Source: Amphiscolops sp. MND2022
Lineage: Eukaryota
Assembly: GCA_964187785.1 (NCBI GenBank)
Contig: OZ076417.1
Span: 30,318,001 to 30,382,000, forward strand
Direction: 5' to 3'
Length of the DNA: 64,000 bases
Position numbers and translations under genes: made by a program. This document shows positions 13,501 to 25,500 of the stretch, one piece after another; position 1 is the first letter of the stretch, and every line of letters begins with the position of its first letter. Below the pieces are notes generated by a model. The model searched no databases. It had not been told where the DNA came from and was given only the letters and a program-made list of their open reading frames with translations.

Positions 13501-16500
13501 AAAAAGTTTCGTTGGTTTCAGAATGGCTGATATAAATTCCTCCTTGAATCTGAGATACTTTCAGTTCATGAATGCCCATTCTTTCCTGAGCTTTCAGCTC
13601 CAGGTATTTCAACTCATCAATCAATCCGAAATCCAGAGCTTCGTCCAAGCTTTTTTGTTCCCCGCTTTCAGGATCAGTGATAAGGATCATGCCTTTACTG
13701 GAACTGGTTTCATCAACTTCTTCTTTTTCTGTGTCTAATGACTCGTCCAAATCTAAATGAGACATTTCATGAATCAACTGATACAGTTCGGGGCTGATTA
13801 CATTTAGAGCCAAAGCATCATCCAAAGATATGGATGCCAGATTGGTTTTGTCTATTACTGAGAAATGCAGCATTTGCCAAATCCTAGATGTTCTGGGAAT
13901 CTCTTCCACAATTTTGTCCGTTCGTTCTTCCAAGATTTCGCAAGTATCACTGTTGATCAAACCTGATTCAAAGGCTTTTGCAGGAGAAAGCAGTGCATCG
14001 GTGCCAGGGTACGCAACTTTGATGACAAGCTCGAAGTTGTCTCTCAAAGAAGGACTTTCGATTGGTTCGGGTTCCAACACACTTGTGATTTCAAACAATA
14101 GCTTGTGGTATGTTCTTTTATCAATTAGGCCAATTTTCAGAGCTTCATCCGGCCGGATTACAGATCCACTGTTTGCATCATAGACCATAGGAACATCGGG
14201 CACTTCTTCAAACTTGAATCTGGGTTCCTTCGGTTTCTCGATTCCAGGTCTGGTTGGGGTCACAGGGCTCTCGCGTAATCCCAGATTTGACCTAACAGGA
14301 ACAGTTTGGGTTGTCTGAATTGTGACCAGTTCAATCGAAGTGTCGATTTCTTTCAAATCACAGTAAGTTGAATGGTCAATGAGTCCTCGTTTGAATGCCT
14401 CGTCAGCAGAAACCTTTCCGTCTTTCAGTTGAATTTTGTCAGTCGGCGAGGGTTCGATCATGAACGCATGCTGCACTTCAACTTGTGGGTTCAATTGCTG
14501 CAAGAACTGCATCTTGCCTTCGCCCAGTTCAGCTTCTTCGGTGAAGTACAGAGTTTCAGATGATTTAGAAACAGTCAGTTTGCCACCATTGTCTTTCATT
14601 TGCTGGTATTCCTCATCAGTAATAGGCACCCCAGTGTCAATACGCTCCTTCAGCTTCATCTCCCGGTACGTTGTTTCGTCCAGAAGACCTCTTCTTCTGC
14701 CTTCTTCCAGTGATATTCTTTCCTCAGTTATTGGATCAATCAGGGAGACCCTTTTGACTAAATTAGCCAGAAGTTCTTTCTTCGGATGCATCAAGACAAC
14801 TGGACTGGTGGCCACAACAGACAAGGGAGAATAAAGTTCACTTTGGGCATCTTTTTCCTTTAGCATTGGATCATCTGAGACCAGATTTGTGAGTGCTTTC
14901 TCTTGTTTCTTCTCATTCGTCGTCTCCTCCTTAGGTTTTTCAGCGACAATTGGTTCAACAGCTGTTACTTGAGGTAAAATGATACCAGCATTTTTAACCG
15001 CTTCCACCGACATTTCAGAGTTTGTACTTGGGTCAAAAATTTTAGTCTTTTTAGTTTTGGAACTTCGTTCTTTCAATGTCTTATACATATCTGAGTCGAT
15101 AACGTTGGATCTCAGAGCTTCTTCCAAAGTCATTTTGCTCCCAGTTTCTGGTGAAACAACTCGAAGTATCTTTCGTTTCACTTTCTGGTACTTCTTCTTT
15201 GAGGGCGAGGTAGACCCAAAACTCTCTGGGGTTTGTGATTCGAGAGGAATTGAGAAACCTTCTCCCAAAATGACATCAGAAGAAACGGTTGGTTCTTCTT
15301 TAATTGGCAAGTGTTCTTGACTGATAACCTTTCCGTCGACAAACTTGTACTTGAATCGTCGTCCATCGTCAGTTTCGATATTGATGTTCAAAGTAGTTGT
15401 GCTGGACAATTTCAAGTTTTCATTATCCTCCAACTCAACTGCTGTTTGCGCTGACAATGCAGGTTCTTCAGTAGCATCATATGGAACGACGATCGCATTC
15501 GGGTCTTTCTCAATTTCACCAACAAGGCTCTCGTCGGTAACTGAGAACTTTTTGCGTTGAACTGTTTTCCTTCCACTAGTTGGGTCAGCGATAGTTTTCT
15601 CCAAAATTATGAACTTCTCTTCCACACTTTCAACAGGAACATCGGGAGTTTTTATCTGCTTCACACTTATTCCCACTGATGGGGAGTCACAAACCTCAAG
15701 AATTTCATCGTCCGCAATCTCTTCCTCTCCGAACTTCACAAATTTCTTCTCGGCTTTGCTGGATTTAATTTCAACTGAGTTTATATTTTTGGATCTTACT
15801 TCCAGAACTTCGTCTGGTCGTTTGTTGCTAATTTTAGCGGCTTCGTCTTCAGTTTGAAGAGCTAAATACAGCTTCGAAGCTTTCTTCGGCGATGCCTTCT
15901 TTTTATGTGCCTTCTCCGGACTGATAAGTCCAAAAATGCTTTGGGTCGACAAACTTTTTGTCATTTTGCGAACGAGACATGCCTTTGAGCTGTAATATGA
16001 TGTCATCGTGAATCTTTGGTTGTTTTCTAGACATTCTCTTGAAACTATAAAATATCGACTGGTGCCATCAAAGTGCTCTGAAACAGAAATGGAACCCAAA
16101 TGTCGAATTTGAACACAGACTTCGAAGCCTTTCAAGTCAGGTACCAATTCGTTTCTGTCTAATTTTTCGAACTTTGCGATGTCGATGGCATCCAAGTGCT
16201 GAATGACTTCAGTGGCATTGGGCATCGTTTTCAAGCCCATCAGTAATTTTTGCGCAGATAACTTTTCACTTTCCGGAACATTGAAAAAACACTTGAGCGA
16301 AGACTTTTTCAAAGACACCTTGTGTCGATAAAACTCGGGAATTTCTTTTGCTGTAGAAGGAATCCAAAAAGTGCTTCTCTTAGTCTGGTTTTTGTCGTCG
16401 TCTTTTCTGATGACCGAAAATTCAATGAGTCTTTGAGGGTATGTGGCTGGTGTTCGATTCACCAGCACTTTCAAAATGATCGACCTGTAAGTTCTGGAAA

Positions 16501-19500
16501 CTGCGAAGCTTTCTTTCCTTTTGTCTGATTGACTGATGAGAATCCTCTCACCTTGGCCATTTTTGTCAAATGTTTCATCCAGCGAAAATCTGTTGGTTTC
16601 TGAAAACTTCAACGACATTTCGGGATTTTCAAGCTCCACTTTCGGGCATTCCGCGAGATGGCAAGTATGCAAGAAAAATTCCTTGTCCAAGTGCTCAACA
16701 GACATGATTCTTGGACTTGAAATCTTCCACTTGCTGAGCAAGGTTTTGACAGGCCTTACGTCATCGGAATTGAACACTTCATCGTCAGGATTTATTAGAC
16801 GTGAGGTATTTGTAACTAATCTTCCTTGATCGTCCAACGATGTTTTCTTGACTTCCAACAAAGAACCCAGAGTTTTAGTTTCTCCTTTTTGCTTGAAAAC
16901 GAGAGTTTTCTGGGTCACAGCTACAATTTCAGGAGCCCGAGTGAAGAAAGAGTGCCTAGTCACTTGCGTTTGTTTTCCAGCGCCCATATGTGAGTATACA
17001 TCGACATTTGTTTGCATGAAGCCTTCGTCTGATTTCAATTCTACCTCAGAAACCCTCACTGACTGAACTTCTGAAATCGCAATAAGCACTTGACAAGGTT
17101 CGAACTGAACAAACTCGTGGGGCATGAAATTCGTCAAGAAGTCGTTTTTCACATCAACGTTTCTGGTTTTTTGCAAATTACTTGGAATTCTATCAGCGCT
17201 AGGCTTGATTTCGAACTCCAACGTCAGAAGTGATGCAAAAAGAGCATCGGATTTATCAGTCCAGCGTTTAACATGGAGTGTTTTTCCATTTTTCAAAACG
17301 AACACCAGCGAGGTTTGATAATAAGTGCCCTCAAACGGAACAGCTGCGCTATGGGTATCTTGGATTTCACTTGGATTGAGAACTTTTATTTCAGCATCCG
17401 TAGAAACATAATGACGCATTTCCGCAGACTCGCTGTCTTCGCTATCAGGAGCTGCATATTTCACAAAAACATCATATTCAATGTTGTCATTCAAGTAATA
17501 CTCCAAACTTCCTTTCAAAAAGTTCGAAACATCGAATCTAGTGATCAGTGACCCGGGTTCTTCAATTTCTTTTGAGATACTCGCCAGATCCAAAACGTTC
17601 GTGACTCCAGTTTGTCTTAGATACTTCAAAAGTTCGGGATCATCATGTTTGTAGTATCTCACTGTCTCGAAAACTTCTCCCGTGCTTGTACTGTCTTTCC
17701 TGGTAAGTTCAACGTACTGTTCCGGGTTTTCTAGGAAGTATTCCGGACTTGGTTGTACATTTTGGAGTTCTGGGGCATCAAGACCGTAGCGTCTATATTC
17801 GGTTATAACTTCACCTTGCTGTTTGATACGTTTCACTGATAAGTGGTAAAACTTCTTGTTGATTTCCTTGATGTTTTGCAAAGTGACGTCTTTCAAAGGA
17901 TTGATTTCGAGAGCCGTTTGTTTTAGCTCCTCGCTGTCACCCGATGGATCGACTTCAGTTCTTGGCAAAGATTGCTTGAAAACGTCATCTGACGCAATTA
18001 CTTGAGACTGTCGCTTATTCTTCTCATCATCTTCCTCCTCGATGTCTTCAACTTCTTGAGGTTCACTTTCTTGTGGTTCAACTTTCGTTTCAATAGCAGT
18101 CAAGCCTCTTTTGAAATCTGGAACTTTCTGCAATGTTTCTGTCTCATCTGAAACTACAGCTGGAATCTCATCTGTTTCATGAACTGGCTCGTCATAACCT
18201 TGAACGACACTGGTCTCAACTCGCAAACACCGCGACGTCGTATCATCTTCCGGCTTTTCACCCTCCATAATCAGAGCTTCGTCTTTGGTATATTGCAGCG
18301 ATTCAGGTCCAACCATTGGAATGCTACTAGCAACTAAATGTCGTGTCTGTGATTCGTGAGGCTCTTGTCCTTCTTTTTCAATGCTTTCATCATCGACAGC
18401 GTTTGTATCTTCTTCTGGAGACAATTCTATTTTGTCAGTAGCTAAGAATCGGGAATGTGAATCAGAAGCCGCCACTTCAGAATCAATAGGAGTTTCGCCA
18501 ATTTCTTCTGATGTGATATCTTCGGTAGTCTGCAGTTGCGGAATCTTTTCACCGTGGAGGAAGGTTTTTGAAGTCCCCGATTCTGGAATACTTGCAGTTT
18601 CTTGATCTACTGGCTCTGGCGATTCAGGTTCCAGAAGTTGCTCCAAATTGTCTGTTTGTTTTTGTTCAACATCTTCTTCTAGTTCTGAGTCTACTTTTTC
18701 AGCGGATTCTGGTTCATACATATCTGAAAGAACTGGTTTTTGATCGACCGGATGGGTAATTTTAGGCCAGTCAAAAGCTCCAACTTCTGCTTCTTTTTCA
18801 TTCAAAGCAACTATTTCATCAATGTTTGAAGGAACTGGTGCCGATGAAAATCGATTGGTTACGGCATCAGTATCTGGATCTCCCATTTCTTGTATCAGTT
18901 TTTCAGCGTCATCATTTTCCAATTCAACGTCGTCTATCAAAACTGGCACTAAAGTATCACTCGTTTCCGGCTCCAACTCAGTTTTCAGTTTTTCATTCAA
19001 CACTGGTTTAGTTTCTTGTTCAAAAACAGGTTCATTTAGTTTTTCTTCCGACTCAAGTTTCTCTTGCAAACTTTCCTCCGGTTCTCTTTGCACCTCGGAT
19101 CTTTTCTCAAAGTCTGGTCGAAGTTCGGACTGGCTTTTGTGATAGGGTTGTTCAACAGATTCAGTCAGTATCTCCTCGGAGTCATGTGCAGGTTCTTCAA
19201 CCAAGTCATGGTCGCCTTTCAAGACAATCATTTCTGCTGTCAAAAATCTTGACGCCGAATCTGGTTTTATTTCGTCTGGTAAAGCTTCTTTTTCATCGAC
19301 TGCTTCTAGTTCTTGTCCAACTACTGGAATGCTATCTGTGGCTAAGTGACGTTTCTGTGGATACTCAGCACTATCCGGTTGTTTCTCGAAGTTCCCGTCT
19401 TCGGGAACTAATGCGTCTTCTTCTGGGGACAATTCTACTTTTTCAGCAGCTAAGAACCGGGAATGTGAATCAGAATCCGCCACTTCAGAATCAATAGGAG

Positions 19501-22500
19501 TTTCGCCAATTTCTTCTGATGTGATATCTTCGGTAGTGTGCAGTTGCGGAATCTTTTCACCGTGGAGGAAGGTTTTTGAAGTCTCTGGCTCTGGAATATT
19601 TGCAGTTTCTATTTGTTCCGTTTCTTCCGTCTCGGCATCTGCATCGTGGCACACAGGAAATCGATCGAGAGTTTCGGCTTCTAAACTGGTTAAAAACCGT
19701 TTTCGAGACTCTGTGTTCACTTGATCTACAATCTCATCGTCGTTTTGTTCTTCAATTTCTTCATCGCTTTCTATAAGCGAAGTGTCCACTTTTGTAGAGA
19801 TTCCTCTCTTGGTATCGGGCTGTGCAACTGGACTAGCCATTGCTTTGTCGTCGTCTCTTGTTTCGAAGGCCATTTGAACGACAGGTTCGCTTTGGTACTG
19901 TAGAACGTTTTCATCATCCGCAGTGTCGTCACTTGTTTCAGACACAACATTGACTAGAAGAGTAACAGCTGGTTCTGCGCTACTTTCTTTCTCTGGTTGT
20001 ACAATTACATTCAAGGTCTCGTCGGTAATTAAAAACTTGTCTCCTATTGGAATACTTTCGACGACATCCCGTAAAGTGTCCTCTTCGATCTTTGTTTCAG
20101 GCTGAGCTAGATTCTCTGCTCTTTGAGTTTTTTCTTCGAGGGCTTGGGTAGGTTGAACTTCTGAAGCAATCACTGATTCCTCAATTTGAGAGGGGGTAAC
20201 ATGGTCTGAGGAAAAATTTTCATCCACTTTATCAATGTATGATACACCTGAAACAGAATCCACATCGGTGGGGAAAATCTGATCCTTCGGTTCATCGACG
20301 AACATCGGTCTGTCACTTTTGACGTGGTCAACCTCTTCAATGGCACCAAGTTCCTGGACTTCCTCTATTTCAGGAGCTACAACTGCAGGTTGGCTTGAAT
20401 CCAACATTTCAGCAGAATCCAGTTTGCTTTTGGAAACTTCAAAAGATGCACCTTGTAGGTCGCTTGTTTCGGGATGCTGTTCAAGAGTTTCATTATCATC
20501 ATTAGGTAGTTCGCTGGCAGCGATCTCATTCCGTAGAACAATCACGTCCCCCAGAGAAACTAGCTTTGAGTCGTCCAGTTCCTGAATAGTGTCAGACTTT
20601 GCAAAAGCGACGCCTTCTGCCAGTAAAGCAGGGCTGTATCGATCTTCTGGAATGTTTTCAAATTCTTCGCTCATTAGTTGTAAGTTTCTGCCCATTTGTG
20701 ATATCAGTTCATCAGAAAGCAAGCTATCTTGGTCTACGCCAGTGGTTCTTTGATCCATTAGTCCTGGCGATTCAGGTTCCAGAAGTTGCTCCAAATTGTC
20801 TGTTTGTTTTTGTTCAACATCTTCTTCTAGTTCTGAGTCTACTTTTTCAGCGGATTCTGGTTCATACATATCTGAAAGAACTGGTTTTTGATCGACCGGA
20901 TGGGTAATTTTAGGCCAGTCAAAAGCTCCAACTTCTGCGTCTTTTTCATTCAAAGCAATTATTTCATCAATGTTTGAAGGAACTGGTGCCGATGAAAATC
21001 GATTGGTTACGGCATCAGTATCTGGATCTCCCATTTCTTGTATCAGTTTTTCAGCGTCATCATTTTCCAATTCAACGTCGTCTATCAAAACTGGCACTAA
21101 AGTATCACTCGTTTCCGGCTCCAACTCAGTTTTCAGTTTTTCATTCAACACTGGTTTAGTTTCTTGTTCAAAAACAGGTTCATTTAGTTTTTCTTCCGAC
21201 TCAAGTTTCTCTTGCAAACTTTCCTCCGGTTCTCTTTGCACCTCGGATCTTTTCTCAAAGTCTGGTCGAAGTTCGGACTGGCTTTTGTGATAGGGTTGTT
21301 CAACAGATTCAGTCAGTATCTCCTCGGAGTCATGTGCAGGTTCTTCAACCAAGTCATGGTCGCCTTTCAAGACATTTATTTCTGCTGTCAAAAATCTTGA
21401 CGCCGAATCTGGTTTTATTTCGTCTGGTAAAGCTTCTTTTTCATCGACTGCTTCTAGTTCTTGTCCAACTACTGGAATGCTACCTGCGGCTAAATGACGC
21501 TTCTGTGGATATTCAGCACTATCCGATTGCCTCTCGAAGTTTCCTTCTTCAGGAACTAATGCGTCTTCTTCCGGAGTCAAGTCAACTTTCTCAACTGCAA
21601 GGAACCTCGATTGTTTGTCATCTGGCATTTCAGGCAGTTGTTCATCGGTAACTTCCAATGGGGCATTTTCAGTAACTTCTCCAACGGGAATCTTTTCGCT
21701 ATGCAAGAATGTTTTAGACAATTCAGACTCCAACTGTTCTGTTTCCATGTCTTCCAATCCCTCAATTGGTTCAATTATATCACCACTTGTATCAAGCTGA
21801 TCGACGCTTTCCTGTTTCACACCAGTTAGGAATCTCTTCTGAAGCTCAAATTCCAATTGGTTTCCGGGTTCTTTGTTTTCGACTTCTTCTATCTCTTGAG
21901 GTTCGAAAGGAGAAGACTCAATTGTTGTGAAATTTCCTTTAGGTACATCAGAATTAACCGATAAACTTGGTGAATCTGTGTCAGCGCCTTTGAATTTAGG
22001 CTCAGAATCTTCTTCAATCACTGGTTCAACCTTTTCTTCTGGCTTGAAAGTCTGGTCTTCCGACAGAGGTGTTATCCTTTGCCAATCCAGAGTTCCAATT
22101 TCAGCGTCAACTTCTTCTAGAGGAACTATCTCATCAATTTTCACATGCATAGGAGATGAATGGGCGTCAGTAACTAATAAATCCGGGTCTGGTTCTCCAA
22201 GCTTTTCGATAAGTTTGACCGAATCATCGTTCTCTAATTCGACATCGTCGATCAATACTGGGACTAAAAGGTCACGTGGTTTTTCGTTCAACTCGGACAC
22301 CAATTTCTCATCTAATATTGGTTCCAGTGGCTTTGGAGCCGCTTCTTCAGTTTCTGCCACATCTTCGGCTAGACTTTCTTTTTCGTCAACTTCACGTGTA
22401 ACTTTGCTTAACTGCGAATCTGGGAATTTGATATCTTGTTGGCTAGGATCAACTATAACCAGGTCCACTGCTGGATCTTCAAAAGACTTCGGTTGAGTGT

Positions 22501-25500
22501 CCACAAACGCGAAAGCGACTCCGCCGTGGAGATATGATGGCATGGCTGATTCTTCTGCTTGCTGCAGGAATCGAGCATCGGAGAAAACTATATCCTGGCT
22601 TTGGTCTGTTATTAAAGCTGGCAGAGACTCAACTTCCTTCCCTTCTGCTGCTTGAGCATCTGAAAGGTACTTTCAAACACTGCCCGAAAATGTCCATAAC
22701 GTGAAACCATTCCTTAACTTAGTCATCAAAATATGTTTTCAAAAATGATGCTCAGCCGCTAGTTAGATGAACTACAGTACAACTTTATTCGCATGCATTA
22801 TCAAAATAGTTACTAATCAGAAATCAATTGCCTGCTTCTGAAGGAAGCAAAAACGCAAAATGTTTTGTTAGTCTTGACAATTGGGGTTCACAATTGGAGT
22901 TAGTAGGGACAAACTCTACAGACAACAAACATTCAATCGTCTTATACGTTTGTTCAGAATTACGTCTACGAGTAAAAACTGTAAGTTATCAGGACATTCA
23001 TGCTCAGAAGGATTTACAGGAGACACTTCATGCTAATCGGGCTATTGGCTCTTGTATGTATTAATAAAACAATTTCATTAGTCTTACTAACCTGAATGTC
23101 GTTGGATGGTCTCCAAATCTGAAGGTTCCAAGTCAGATGGAGGTATCGGTGCCACATTTTGGGTGCTAAAAGCCGGAGCTCCGGACCCCACAAAACAAGC
23201 GCCATCTGAAGGCAGCGTTTCCACATCAGCCGCACTTGGCACGGTTTCTACTTCAACAGGCATATCAAGCTCGAGATCAGTCAAAGTCTTTGAAGATTCA
23301 GGCATCGTTTCAGAAACATCAGCATCGAAGGGTATCTCTTTTTCCGGTAGCGTCTCTTGCGTCACTGGCTGTGAGTGCACAACAAGAGGTAATGCTTTGC
23401 TTTCAAATTCTGGTGCCAAATCCACTGCCTCTGCAGTCTCGGTCAGAGGCTCTTTCAAAGCTTGTTCGTCATCTGGTTCGAGCTTCTCCTCAGAGTAATG
23501 GATGTACACCTCCGGAAAAACTTGACTCACTGTTTCTTCGTTTTCTGGTTGGTTCTCAAGAGTAGCGTCTGCTTTCATCTCTGTCTTCTCTCGTTCCAAA
23601 AGTTCCAGTTCTCCAGCGTCGTCTAACGGCAGCGTTTCTGCATCAGACTTACTTGGCACAGCTTCTACTTCAACCGGCACATCCAACTCGAGATCAGTCA
23701 AAGTCTTCGATACTTCAGGCATCGTTTCAGAAATTTCAGCATCGAAAAGTACCTCTTCCTCCGGTAATGTCTCCTGCTTCACTGGCTGTGAGTGCACAAC
23801 AACAGGGGTTGCTTCGCTTTCGAACTCTGGTGCCACATCCGCTGCCTCTACAGTCTGGGTCTGAGGCTCCTTCAAAGCTTGTTCAACATCTAGCTCGAGC
23901 TTCTCCTCAGAGTGCTGGATGTACATCTCCGGAGAAACTTCACTCACTGTTTCTTCGTTTTCTGGTTGGCTCTCAAGTGTATTCTCTGCTTTCATCTCGG
24001 TCTTTTCTGGTTTCAAACGTTCCAGTTCTTCAGCGTCGTCTGAAGGCAGCGTTTCTGCATCAGACTTACTTGGCGCAGTTTCTACTTCAACCGGCACATC
24101 CAACTCGAGATCAGTCAAAGTCTTCGATACTTCAGGCATCGTTTCAGAAATTTCAGCATCGAAAAGTACCTCTTCCTCCGGTAATGTCTCCTGCTTCACT
24201 GGCTGTGAGTGCACAACAACAGGGGTTGCTTCGCTTTCGAACTCTGGTGCCACATCCGCTGCCTCTACAGTCTGGGTCTGAGGCTCCTTCAAAGCTTGTT
24301 CAACATCTGGCTCGAGCTTCTCTTCAGAGTGCTGGATGTACATCTCTGGAGAAACTTCACTCACTGTTTCTTCGTTTTGTGGTTGGTTCTCAAGAGTACC
24401 GTCTGCTTTCATCACGGTCTTCTCTGGTTCCAAAAGTTTCAGTTCTCCAGCGTCTTCGAAAGGCAGCGTTTCTGCATCAGACTTACTCGGCACAGTTTCT
24501 ACTTCAACCGGCACATCCAACTCGAGATCAGTCAAAGTCTTCGATACATCAGGCATCGTTTCAGAAACGTCAGCAGCGAAAAGTATCTCTTTCTCCGGTA
24601 GTGTCTCCTGCTTCACTGGCTGTGTGTGCACAACAACAGGTGTTGCTTCGCTTTCAAACTCTGGTGTAACATCCGCTGCCTCTACAGTCTGGGTCTGAGG
24701 CTCCTTCAAAGCTTGTTCAACATCTGGCTCGAGCTTATCCTCAGAGTGCTGGATGTACATCTCCGGAGAAACTTGACTCGTTGTTTCTTCGTTTTCTGGT
24801 TGGCTCTCAAGTGTATTCTCTGCTTTCATCTCGGTCTTTTCTGGTTTCAAACGTTCCAGTTCTTCAGCGTCGTCTAAAGGCAGCGTTTCTGCATCAAACT
24901 TACTTGGCACAGTTTCTACCTCAACCGGCACATCCAACTCGAGATCAGTCAAAGTTTTCGATACTTCAGGCATCGTTTCAGAAACTTCAGCATCGAAAAG
25001 TATCTCTTCCTCCGGTAGTGTCTCCTGCTTCACTGGCTGTGAGTGCACAACAACAGGGGTTGCTTCGCTTTCGAACTCTGGTGCCACATCCGATGCCTCT
25101 ACAGTCTGGGTCTGAGGCTCCTTCAAAGCTTGTTCAACATCTAGCTCGAGCTTCTCCTCAGAGTGCTGGATGTACATCTCCGGAAAAACTTGACTCGCTG
25201 TTTCTTCGTTTTCTGGTTGGTTCTCAAGAGTACCGTCTGCTTTCATCTCTGTCTTCTCTCGTTCCAAAAGTTCCAGTTCTCCAGCGTCATCTAACGGCAG
25301 CGTTTCTGCATCAGACTTACTTGGCACAGTTTCTACTTCAACCGGCACATCCAACTTGAGATCAGTCAAAGTCTTCGATACTTCAGGCATCGTTTCAGAA
25401 ACTTCAGCATCGAAAAGTATCTCTTCCTCCGGTAGTGTCTCCTGCTTCACTGGCTGTGAGTGCACAACAACAGGGGTTGCTTCGCTTTCGAACTCTGGTG

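Noticed and set aside
7446-22496. Plus-strand ORFs of 60-190 aa opposite giant exon 3 (and similar ones opposite exon 1)
   Set aside because: They are expected antisense shadows of long biased coding sequence, with no independent motifs or splice logic.
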